Shown piece by piece: positions 1 through 11,499 of a stretch of 64,000 nt of DNA. The first letter of the stretch is position 1. Every line of letters starts with the position of its first letter. The position numbers and the translations under genes are program-made. The notes under the pieces are model-generated. The model made no database searches, was not told the origin of the DNA, and was given only the letters and a program-made list of their open reading frames with translations. Origin of the DNA: Camelus dromedarius (Eukaryota); assembly GCF_036321535.1 (NCBI RefSeq), contig NC_087437.1:44890001-44954000 (forward strand), in the 5' to 3' direction.

Positions 1-929
1 CACTTTCCATCTCTCATGTAATCTATGTGAAGAGAATACATAAAACATTAAACTGCAATTCCTGTCTCTCGCTGTGATGAAGTTAGAGTTTAAAAATAGG
101 ACATCTTAGAGTGAGGCAAGGAGATAATTCTTCAAGAGGTGGTAAACAAAGGGCTTCTTTACTTCCATACAGGTGACCCAAGAGTCAATACGGGTTTTGA
201 ACTGTGTGAGAGCTGAGTACAAAGAAAAAGTGTCACTGGTCTCTGGGACCAGCAGGAAAGAGTCAGGTCACAGATACTTATTTTTCTCATACAGTTTTAT
301 AGATACATGTATTTGTGCCTATTGTGCTTACTTTATGTAATCACTGACAACAGTCAATCATGTTTTAAGCTATAAACCTTTAAGTTTAATAAACATTTAT
401 TAAAAAGCCATTGTGTTAAGTACTATGCTGACTTCTGAGGAAACAACCAAAAAACACAGTCCCATATTATATATATAATAAATATATAATATTATATGTA
501 TATAAAATTAAAGTTACTAGGCTTTCCCACAGTCCAAAACCCAAATTGACTCATGACTCACCTGTATGGAAGCAAAAAAGGAGGTTTTTTTTTTTTTTTT
601 GCTTTTCTTCTTTTTTTTTAACCATATCTTTTTTCTAATTCCTTAACATCTATTTTTCTACTTTTTAACACTTTAGGGAAAAAAACATATTACATCTCCC
701 CAAAATGCTAACATTATACTTAGTACAAAGATAAGCTCATTGTATATACTTTATCATTCACCTTTTTTTTTTTAATATATACATATATATATGTATTCTA
801 GGCAGGAATGGCAACATTGGCACTTGAAGAGGTTATGTAGTTGGTTGGAGGTCATCTAAGGTTGGCACAGCTGAGGATTAGCATGGCTGGTGCTCTAACA
901 CAGGTCTGACTGGGAGAACCTTTTACTAA

Positions 930-1232
930 TCATCATTTATTTGTGGGCTCATCCACATTTCACAGGCCTTTTGCAGTTAGTCAGAGGTAATGTGACTAGT
1001 TCTAACTACTGTCCTGTGAGTAGAAGATGTAGCTTAAGAGTCAGTAAATGACCCTCCAGCCCTTTCTCTTCGGCCATGGTAACTAACAATGTTCCCAATG
1101 GAGACTTCTAAAGTGTCCTGAGGCCCCAAATAACCATGTGGGGTAGAAACCCCATTGACCAATATCGTGTTAACCCACTGAGATTTGGGGGCTAATTTGT
1201 TACTGCAGCATAACCTAGTCCATAACTATAGA
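930..1232 (+). mobile_element. Old MaLR (MLT1H/I/J-like) LTR remnant
   Basis: The 3' terminus cactgagatttgggggctaatttgttactgcagcataacctag is typical of old MLT1 LTRs. Confidence 0.7.
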
Positions 1233-2069
1233 GCATAACTATACCTCATGAGGAAACTCAGAATGCCACAAAATCATTACTTTTAACCTAAATGCTATAA
1301 CAGTTGTTGTGACTTAATAGGAAAACAATTCAAATACAACTAAACATATGATTTTATTTGTCCTATGGCCTGTAATTAGAAGTCAAACATTCATCTCATT
1401 TTCATGTATAAATTGTGAAGTGGTAGATTTCCTGTAAGGTGGTAATAATGGAGTTAAGATTCATAGGTAAGTAATCTCAATATTATTGTGATTTGGTGAA
1501 ATGCTTAGTAAAAGCTACAACAATTTAGAATGAGATAGCTTTGAAAGTTTTTACTTGCCCACCTAACCCTTATTTTTCATCAATAATTTTAAAATTAATT
1601 ATTATAAGCATACATATTGGTTTTGTTTAGGAGCAAAGAATAAAATTTTCATGGCAGGCTATGATATGATTCATGTATTTTCTGTATTTAGAAATGTATT
1701 TAGAAACAACTAATTATGTTAATCCTATTCTTCAAAATGCCTTCTACTGTCCTGAGATACAAGTAGTATAAACATGTGTATGTGGAATCGGCTACTAAAA
1801 TACACTTAACATAATTCCATGGCTTCTATTACAGGGCTTTGTGGAGGGAGAGTTTAAAATTTTAGATATCAAGTATTTATGATATTAGTTAATAATTGAT
1901 AGAGTTCCTGAACAACATTGACATTCTGTTCAAATCAGGCTTTTGAAACAATCAGTGTTTTTTCTTGCCTAAAAGATCTATTCATATTAAAAGTAAGTAC
2001 AAATATTTAAGAAAGAATAGATTTTCCCCCAATATTCTTTACATTATTGTTAACAGCAATAATGCCTTA

Positions 2070-2225
2070 AGTATATGTAAATCACCTCTTTGGTATTATA
2101 TGTTACTCTCACATCATCTCTTGTGAACTAAATAAAAACAAGGCCTAGAGAAATAATTTTAAGGATACACGGATAGTAAGATAACCAGGGTCAGTGACTG
2201 CTACCCCAGTGTTCATTCTGCTCTA
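2070..2225 (-). mobile_element. Degenerate MIR SINE
   Basis: Weak similarity to the MIR core (aaaacaaggcctagaga...aaggatacacggatagtaag). Confidence 0.5.
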
Positions 2226-2557
2226 TTCTGTTCGATCATATATGGACTCTCTGTAGGTGATGTTTAAAATGCTTAATACAAAAGTGGAGTCTTCAAAACC
2301 TCATATTATTTCCTTGATCTGTCTCTAGTTGGTACCCCTATGTATGGTTAAGTACCAAAATTGCCAACATAATACACCTTGAGTATCTTTTGCATAAACA
2401 TCGCAAATACCCTTGTTGGTATTAGATGTCTGTATGTATTTCCTTTGCATTCTGGTGGTAGAATCAAAGAATGCTGGTGGGTCAAAAAAAATTCAACAAA
2501 TGACTATATAATGATTCAAATATTTAGAGATAGAGATGTGACTAGCTTTACAAATTC

Positions 2558-3040
2558 TTTATTCATTCAATAAATGTTCCTTTAACATTTACTGTGAGGA
2601 ATGAACTTTAGTAGGTACTGAGTATATAGTGGACAGCTGCCTTCAGAGAACGTATATATAATCAATGGTGACAAACAAGTAAATATATCCATCTACTACA
2701 GAAGTGCTATGAAAGTAATAAACAGAGGATTCAGAGAGAGAGATAAGTGTTGGGAGATATAGGGGGGAAACCTGCATGGAAGCTTGACTAAGAAGTTCCA
2801 AATTAAATGGAGGCTTAAAGGTTGAGGAGTCAGCACTGCAAACAATTGGAAACAGAGCACTTTCATTAATGGGAAAACCATACACAAATTGGTAAAGGCA
2901 GGGAAGACCTTAAGTTGTTCTGGGAAATGAAAGTGACCGAGAAGAAGAGTCGTTCAAAGTGAGCTTGAGGACCACATCATCACAGGCCTCCAGGATGCTG
3001 ACTGGTATTATGACGGCAAGAGGTGGTAGGTTTTAATAGA
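2558..3040 (-). mobile_element. L2 3' fragment
   Basis: Begins with the L2 tail attcattcaataaatg, followed by L2-like purine-rich sequence. Confidence 0.7.
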
Positions 3041-3299
3041 GAGAAAGAAGAGAGAGGAAAGAGAACAAGGAAAACTCAGTCAAATTTATGGACTTCAGGG
3101 GGGGGAAAAAAAAACAAGGAGCTCATTGTCTAGAAAACACAGAATAAGACAATAGAATAAAAGCATGTAAGTTTATAGTAACTAGAAATAGGTTAAATCA
3201 TTTGAAAGAAAATTCGTCAGAAAGGATTTTTAATTTTAAGAAATGCAGTTATGTGCTAATTTCAAGTTACACAAGATACTATGAGACAAAAATCTGAAA

Positions 3300-3625
3300 G
3301 GAGTTTTTTTTTTTAAGTTGATATATCAGACACATACTAAATAAAGAAAATTGATGTTAAGATTATCAACAGAACTTTAAAACTCAAATTTAGAGGCTTA
3401 TCTAATTAGAGGATTATCTCATAAGGGTAAAAGGAGTAATGATTCAGGAAGTTACAGAATTCTAAATATGTTGGCACCAGCCAACCTATGTACAAAATGA
3501 AAAGTGACCAGACTATAAGAAGGAATCAATACATCCACAATCATGATGAGAGATTTTAACACATTTTTAACAACTCAGACAGTGATAGACCAGAAACTAT
3601 CTCAGGATTCAGGGAAACTGAAGAT
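3300..3625 (+). mobile_element. Ancient L1 (L1ME-like) ORF2 endonuclease-region fragment
   Basis: Degenerate match to the start of ORF2 (tccacaatcatgatgagagattttaacac, resembling [10 protein letters not shown]). Confidence 0.6.
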
Positions 3626-3939
3626 AAGTTGGTACAGGACTGAACTAGGACTGGGGGTGGGTGACTGGATAGGAGAGTGCCCCAGACGGGGGATGTCGGT
3701 GCCCTCGAGAGGACTGGCAGTTTACCGCTGGAGGAGTTAGAGAGGAGTGGGCTCAGGAGATGTGCACTGCAGTAGATGTGCCATGATAATGCAAGGGGCA
3801 CAGTTAATAGCCCACCTATCATTTGTGTGCTTTTTGTGTGTATGTTGTGTTTACCAAAGTTCCCTTTCTTCCTCCATATTATTGTCATCACACACACACA
3901 CACACACAGTTTGGGTTCTCCTTCTAGCATTTTGTTGTA

Positions 3940-4100
3940 CAAAAAGCAGTGTATTGAGAGTTTTGAGATCCTAATCCCAGTTCCAGTTTTGCCTCTAAGC
4001 AGCTGTGTGATGTTAGGCAAATCATTTCAATCTTCCACCCCTATTTCCTTATCTGCAAATTGAGGTGATAAGATCAGACAGCTAAGATTTCTTTCATCAT
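3940..4100 (+). mobile_element. MIR SINE
   Basis: Core gctgtgtgatgttaggcaaatcatttcaatct...tttccttatctgcaaat. Confidence 0.75.
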
Positions 4101-4607
4101 TTGCTGCTCCATGACTTTATGTAAAATGGTTGACCTTTTGGGGGATTAGTTTTGTTCCTTATAAATGTGTATTTAAATTACATATTTCACAGAGGTATAC
4201 TGCCTAGCAATTAATGTTTTTCCATTAAGAAATGAAGAAAAATAAAGTTATCTTATTTATTTCATGAATGCCGTAATACAAATCTGGGATAATAAAACCT
4301 TAGCACTTCTTAATCTGCCTAAATAAATGAGATAGTTCACTACAACGTGACCCTAGTTTGTGTCCTCAGTCTTCTAAATAAGTTGAATGGAAGAGCACAG
4401 GACTCCTCTGCCTTCTTAAAAATGATAAATTGTTAGCACCTTATTATATATGAAATGAAAAACAAAATGGGCACATTACTAAGTACAGCCTCTTTTGATG
4501 CTGTTTTCTGCTAAATAAATGATGTTGTAAATGGAGAAATCGGTATTTCTATTACTCCGTACATTTTTTCATTGTTAAAAATTAACTGAATGCTTTGATA
4601 AGCTTTT

Positions 4608-4732
4608 TTTAAATTGAAGTATAGTCAGTAATAATGTGTTAATTTCTGGTGTACAGCATAATGTCCCAGACATGCATATATACACGTACATTTGTTTTCA
4701 TACTCTTTTTCATTAAAGGTTATTACAAGATA
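4608..4732 (-). mobile_element. Severely 5'-truncated L1 (3'UTR only) with TSD
   Basis: TSD ttgataagctttt at 4595-4607 and 4733-4745, followed by AA (TTTT/AA). The body matches the L1 3' ends at 53.1 and 57.0 kb. Confidence 0.88.
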
Positions 4733-4954
4733 TTGATAAGCTTTTAAGAATTGCTTTTATTGCTTTTGTTCTCAAGTTTGCTGAATGTCTTCTAATACCA
4801 CCTCTTATTTATATATGTACTTTGCCAATTATGACATCTCATTCATATCTACATTTTAAAGAGTTTCTACATAAAAGTTTGGTCACATTATAAAATACTT
4901 GATTATGTCAATACAACATACAAACATCTCTTATTGGACATGACTTCATATAGT

Positions 4955-5372
4955 GCTGGTTCTCGAAGTCTGATCTTTCAGTCACCTACACCAGAATCAG
5001 CAGGGGTGCTTATTTTTAAATGGTGAATTCCAGCATCTCTGCAGATCAACTGAGTTAGAATCTTGTGTGTGTGTAGGAGGCAGGTGGAGGGGTAGGGGAC
5101 GTGAAGGGACACAGTGGGGAATTTGCATTTTAAAAAGTTTCACTTAAACAACAGGGTCCTATTGTATATTACACATAGGGAGCTATATTCAATAACTTGT
5201 AATAACCTATATTGAAAGACTATGAAAAAGAAAAAAAATATATATATATAACTGAACCACTATGTTGTACACCAGAAATTGATACTACGTTGTAAATCAG
5301 CTACACTTCAATTTAAAAAAAAATTTCACACATGCTTCTTATGCAGATAGACTGGACACTAAGAAATTCTGG
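4955..5372. mobile_element. MER5A-like hAT-Charlie MITE interrupted by an L1 fragment
   Basis: The pattern ggttctcgaagt...agaatcag...agaatct...atttgcattttaaaa resumes as tgcttcttatgca after the insertion. Confidence 0.65.
5144..5322 (+). mobile_element. Truncated L1 3' end nested in MER5A
   Basis: L1 3'UTR motif tgtacaccagaaattga...acttcaatt plus an A tail; near-TSD aaaagtttcac / aaaatttcac. Confidence 0.8.
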
Positions 5373-5905
5373 TCTGCAGTACGAAGTCTGAATTTTTTTC
5401 TGTAACCCACCAGATATTTCACAGACTTGCTCCAATCTATATTACCATCATTGCTGAATAAAGTCTGGCAGGTTTATTGGTAAAATTAAATGAAATCATG
5501 TATTCACAGTACTAATAAAAGGTCTGGCACATGGATTTTCAATGAATACTCACTCCTTTCCTCTACCCTCCTTTTATTTTTTTTTTAACATTTTTTATTG
5601 ATTTACGATCATTTTACAATGTTGTGTCAAATTCCAGTGTTCAGCACAATTTTTCAGTCATTCATGGACATATACACACTCATTGTCACATTTTTTTCTC
5701 TGTGAGTTATCATAACATTTTGTGTATATTTCCCTGTGCTATACAGTGTAATCTTGTTTATCTATTCTACAATTTTGAAATCCCAGTCTATCCCTTCCCA
5801 CCCTCCACCCCCCTGGTAACCACAAGTCTGTATTCTCTGTCTGTGAGTCTATTTCTGTCCTGTATTTACGCTTTGTTTTTGTTTGTTTGTTTTTGTTTTT
5901 GTTTT

Positions 5906-8900
5906 TTAGATTCCACATATGAGCGATCTCATATAGTATTTTTCTTTCCCTTTCTGGCTTACTTCACTTAGAATGACATTCTCCAGGAGCATCCATGTTG
6001 CTGCAAATGGCATTATGTTGTCGGTTTTTACGGCTGAGTAGTAGTCCATTGTATAAATATACCACCTCTTCTTTATCCAGTCACCTGTTGATGGACATTT
6101 AGGCTGTTTCCATGATTTGGCTATTGTAAATAGTGCTGCTATGAACATTGGGGTGCAGGTGTCATCCTGAAGTAGATTTCCTTCTGGATACAAGCCCAGG
6201 AGTGGGATTCCTGGGTCATATGGTAAGTCTATTCCTAGTCTTTTGAGGAATCTCCACACTGTTTTCCATAGTGGCTGCACCAAACTGCATTCCACCAGCA
6301 GTGTAGGAGGGTTCCCCTTTCTCCACAGCCTCTCCAGCATTTGTCATTTGTGGATTTTTGAATGACGGCCATTCTGACTGGTGTGAGGTGATACCTCATT
6401 GTAGTTTTGATTTGCATTTCTCTGATAATTAGTGATATTGAGCATTTTTTCATGTGCTTTTTGATCATTTGTATGTCTTCCTTGGAGAATTGCTTGTTTA
6501 GGTCTTCTGCCCATTTTTGGATTGGGTTGTTTATTTCTTTCTTATTGAGTCATATGAGCTGCTTATATATTCTGGAGATCAAGCCTTTGTCGATTTCACT
6601 TGCAAAAATTTTCTCCCATTCCGTAGGTTTTCTTCTTGTTTTACTTCTGGTTTCCTTTGCTGTGCAGAAGCTTGTAAGTTTCATTAGGTCCCATTTGTTT
6701 ATTCTTGCTTTTATTTCTTCTAGGAGAAAATTTTTTAAATGTAGGTCAGATAATGTTTTGCCTATGTTTTCCTCTAGGAGGTTTATTGTATCTTGTCTTA
6801 TGTTTGTCTTTAATCCATTTTGAGTTGATTTTTGTATATGGTGTAAGGGAGTGTTCTAGCTTCATTGTTTTACATGCTGCTGTCCAGTTTTCCCAACACC
6901 ATTTGCTGAAGAGACTGTCTTTATTCCATTGTATATTCTTGCCTCCTTTGTCGAAGATGAGTTGACCAAAAGTTTGCGGGTTCATTTCTGGGCTCTCTAT
7001 TCTGTTCCATTGGTCTATATGTCTGTTTTGGTACCGATACCATGCTGTCTTGATGACTGTAGCTCTATAATATTGTCTGAAGTCTGGGAGAGTTATTCCT
7101 CCAGCGTCTTTCTTTCTCTTCAGTAATGCTTTGGCAATTCTAGGTCTTTGATGGTTCCATATGAATTTTATTATGATTTGTTCTAGTTCTGTGAAATATG
7201 TCCTGGGTAATTGGATAGGGATTGCATTAAATCTGTAGATTGCCTTGGGCAGTGTGACCATTTTAACAATATTGATTCTTCCAATCCAAGAGCATGGAAT
7301 ATCTTTCCATTTTTTAAAGTCTTCTTTAATTTCCTTCATCAATGGTTTATAGTTTTCTGTGTATAATTCTTTCACCTCCTTGGTTAGATTTATTCCCAGA
7401 TATTTTATTACTTTGGGTGCTGTTTTAAAGGGGATTGTTTCTTTACTTTCTTCTTCTGTTGATTTATCGTTAGTGTAAAGAAATGCAACTGATTTTTGAA
7501 CGTTAATTTTGTAATCTGCTACCTTGCTGAATTCTTCAGTCAGCTCTAGTAGCTTTTGTGTGGACCTTTTAGGGTTTTCTATATATAGTAATATGTCATC
7601 AGCATATAATAACACTTTTACCTCTTCTTTTCCAATTTGGATCCCTTTTATTTCTTTCTCTTGCCTGACTGCTGTGACTAGGACTTCCAGGACTATGTTG
7701 AATAGGAGTGGTGATAGTGGGCATCCTTGTCTTGTCCCAGATTTTAGTGGCAAGCTTTTGAGTTTTTCACCATTGAGTACTATGCTGGCTGTAGGTTTAT
7801 CATATATAGCTTTTATTATGTTGAGATATGTTCCCTCTATACCCACTTTGGCGAGAGTTTTTATCATAAATGGGTGTTGAATTTTATCAAATGCTTTTTC
7901 TGCATCGATTGAGATGATCATGTGGTTTTTGTCCTTTCTCTTGTTGATGTGATGTATTACACTGATTGATTTGCGTATGTTGAACCAGCCTTGTGTCCCT
8001 GGGATGAACCCCACTTGGTCATGATGTATAATCTTTTTTATGTGTTGTTGGATTCTATTTGCTAAAATTTTGGTGAGGATTTTGGCGTCTATGTTCGTCA
8101 GTGATACTGGCCTATAATTCTCTTTTTTTGTAGTGTCTTTGCCTGGTTTTGGTATCAGGGTGATGGTGGCTTCATAGAATGAGTTTGGGAGTATTCCCTC
8201 CTTTTCAATCGTCTGGAAGAGTTTGAGAAGGACTGGTATGAGTTCTTCTGTGTATGTTTGGTAGAATTCCCCAGTGAAGCCGTCCGGTCCTGGACTTTTA
8301 TTTGTAAGGAGGTTTTTAATTGCTATTTCTATTTCCTTTCTAGTGATCAGATTGTTCAAGTGTTCAGATTCTTCTTGATTCAGTTTTGGTGGACAGTATG
8401 TTTCCAGAAACTTGTCCATCTCCTCTAGGTTATCCAGTTTGGTTCCATATAGTTTTTCATAATATTCTCGTATGATATTCTGTATTTCTATTTTGTTTGT
8501 TGTAATTTCTCCATTTTCCTTTCTTATTTTGCTAATTTGTGCTCTCTCTTTTTTCTTCTTTGTGAGTTTGGCCAGAGGTTTGTCGATTTTATTTACTTTT
8601 TCAAAAAACCAGCTTTTGGTTTGGTTGATTTTTTCTATGGTCTTGTTAGTCTCTATTGTATTTAATTCCTCTCTGATCTTTATTATTTCCTTCCTTCTGC
8701 TGCTTTTTGGGGCTTTTTGTTCTTCTTTTTCTAATTCATTCAGGTGGTGGGTTAAATTGTTTATTTGAGATTGTTCTTTTTTGAGGAAGGCCTGTATCGC
8801 TATAAACTTCCCTCTTAGCACTGCCTTTGCCGTGTCCTGTAGGTTTTGAGTGGTTGTGCTTTCATTATCATTTGTCTCAAGGTATTTTTTAATTTCAGCT

Positions 8901-9697
8901 TTGATTTCCTCATTGATCCATTGTTTTTTCAATAACATATTGTTTAATCTCCATGCTTTCCTTTTTTTCTCCTTTGTTTCTCTGTTGTTGATTTCCAGTT
9001 TCATGGCATTGTGGTCAGTAAAGATGCTTAAGATAATTTCTATCTTCTTAAAATTGTTGAGGTTTCTTTTGTGCCCAAGTACATGATTGATCCTAGAAAA
9101 TGTTCCATGTGCACTTGAAAAGAATGTATATCCTATTTTTGGGGGGTGTAATGCTCTGAAAATATCCAACAAATCTAGTTTTTCTATTGTAGTATTTAAT
9201 TTCTCTGTTGCCTTGTTTATTTTCTGTCTGGAAAATCTGTCTAGCGATGTTAATGCAGTGTTAAAATCTCCAACTATGATTGTATTCCCATCAATATCCC
9301 CCTTTATCTCTGTTAGTAATTCTTGTATGTACTTAGGTGCTCCTATATTGGGTGCATATATATTAACGAGTGTAATATCCTCATCTTGTATCACTCCTTT
9401 AATCATTATAAAATGTCCTTCTCTATCTTTCTTTATGGCCTTTGTTTTAAAGTCTATTTTGTCTGAAATCAGTACTGCAACACCTGCTTTTTTGGCTTTT
9501 CCATTTGCATGGAATATCCTTTTCCATCCTTTCACTCTCAATCTATATGTGTCCTTCTCCCTAAAGTGGGTCTCTTGTATGCAGCATATTGAAGGTTCTT
9601 GCTTTATTATCCAGTCTGCCACTCTATGTCTTTTGACTGGAGCATTTAGTCCATTAACATTTACAGTAATTAATGACAGATGTGTGTTTATTGCCAT
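5906..9697 (-). pseudogene. L1 ORF2 (APE endonuclease, RT, C-terminal domain), open for ~960 codons and then disrupted
   Basis: EN motifs (NVNGLN, QETH, YAPN, GDFN, TDHN) and RT motifs (QGCPLSP, YADD) are present. Lesions: a 2-bp deletion at ~6805, TGA at 6550-6552, and a 1-bp deletion at ~6291. The C-terminus ...SLICGI* ends at 5906. Confidence 0.95.
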
Positions 9698-10099
9698 TTT
9701 GAACTTATCTTTGCAGTTGAATTGGTATATCCTCTTTGTTCCTTTCTTCTTCCTTTTGTGGTTTGGTAATTTTCCTTTGTATTATCATGGATTTTATTTA
9801 ATTTTTGTGACTCCCTTGTAAATTTTTGGCTTGTGGTTACCCTTTTTTGTGAATCTATTAACCATTACTATAACTGTTTTTATTAAACTGATAGTAACAT
9901 GATCTCAAACCCATCCTACTGTTAAAAAAGTTAAAAAAGAAAGAAAAAAATATTCTGTATTTCCATGCCTCCCTCTCCCACTCTCAGTGATTTGTATGTC
10001 TTCTTTTATAATTTCGTGTTTACTTTATTTGTAATTCATGAGTTATCGCCTTTCCAGTTGTGAGTTTCTCATTTCTGTAGCATCCTGCTGCTTTTCTAT

Positions 10100-11002
10100 T
10101 TAGAATAGCCCTTTCAATATTTCTTTTAGCATGGGTTTAGTGTTGCTAAACTCCTGCAGCTTTTTTTTGTCTGTGAAACTCTTTATTTCTCCTTCTATCC
10201 TCAAGGATAGCCTTGCTGGATAAAGGATCCTAGGCTGCATCTTTTTTTCATTCAGGGCTTTGAATATATCTTGCCACTCCCTTCTGGCCTGTAGTGTTTG
10301 TGTAGAGAAATCAGCTGAGAGCCTTATGGGGGTTCCCTTGTAACTTACTCTTTGCTTTTCTCTTGCTGCCTTTAGAATCATTTCTTTATCCTTGACTCTG
10401 GCCATCTTGATTATGATATGTCTTGGTGTGGGTCTATTTGGCTTCTTCCTGTTTGGGACCCTCTGAGCTTCCTGTACTTGGATATCTGATTCCTTCTTTA
10501 AGTTTGGGAAGTTTTCAGTCATGATTTCTTCAAAAACCTTTTCAATCCCCTTTGATCTTTCTTCCCCTTCTGGGACCCCTATTATGCGAAGATTGGGACG
10601 CTGTATATTATCCCATAGGTCCCTTATGCTATTTTCATTATTTTTTATTTGCTTCTCTTGTAGTTCTTCTGAATGGGTGCTTTCTATTGCCCTGTCTTCT
10701 AGATCACTAATTCGTTCCTCTGCATTATCTAGTCGGCTTTGCACAGCTATTAGATCATTCCTCATCTCTGTCAATGAGTTTACCTATTCTACTTGGCTCT
10801 TCTTTATAGCTTCAATTTCATTTTTGACATATTTTATATCTCTAAACACTCTCTCTTTTAATTCCTTCAGCAATTTGATCACTCCTTTTTTGAAATCTTG
10901 ATCTAGTAGGCTATAGATGTCTATTTCATTGATCTTTCTTTCAGGGGATTTCTCTTGTTCTTTTAATTGGGAAAGGTTTCTCTGCTTCTTCATCTTGCTC
11001 AT
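10100..11002 (-). pseudogene. L1 ORF1 (300 codons) interrupted by one in-frame TAG at 10784-10786
   Basis: ORFs 10784-11002 and 10100-10774 are in the same frame. Typical ORF1p coiled-coil/RRM/CTD motifs are present (RPNLRIIGVPEGEE, RLSADFS, ARREW, YPARLS). Confidence 0.95.
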
Positions 11003-11499
11003 ACCTCCCTGGCACTGTGGTCATGGAGTATCAGTTGTTTATTTTGGTCCTTAAGGATTTTATCTGTCTAATGCCTATTTAGGAATAGAACTTAGGAAAA
11101 AAAGAAAAAAACAATAAGAGAGAGAAAGAATTTTGAAAGAAGGGAGAAAGAGGGTTTGAAAACAGTGTATAATGAATAATAGAAGAGTGAGTTGAAGCAG
11201 AGTATTAATCGGGTTGAGACGTCCTTTTAAAACCTTTTAAAAAAGGGGGGGGGGAGATGAATAGATGTATTTGAAACCTGTGTCTAATCAATAACAGGAT
11301 ATTAAAACCCAAGAGAAATAGAAATGAATTAAGAAGTAAAAATTAAGAGAGTAATAGAAAATAGAACAGGTAAAAACAGATTAAAAAAAAGGGGGGGGGG
11401 GGGTTGTCGGTGTTCTCCTGGAGTCTGTTTGCTTTTAATGTGAAGTCTTTCTGTCTTCCTCCTGTTTTGGAAGCTCAGCTTGCTGTTTTCAGAGGCCCT

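Noticed and set aside
3543..4063. Cluster of overlapping ORFs up to 154 aa
   Set aside because: It spans an old L1 fragment, (CA)n and a MIR; no recognisable protein.
6407..10901. + strand ORFs up to 244 aa (e.g. 9087-9821)
   Set aside because: They are antisense shadows of L1 ORF1/ORF2 caused by codon bias, with no independent coding evidence.
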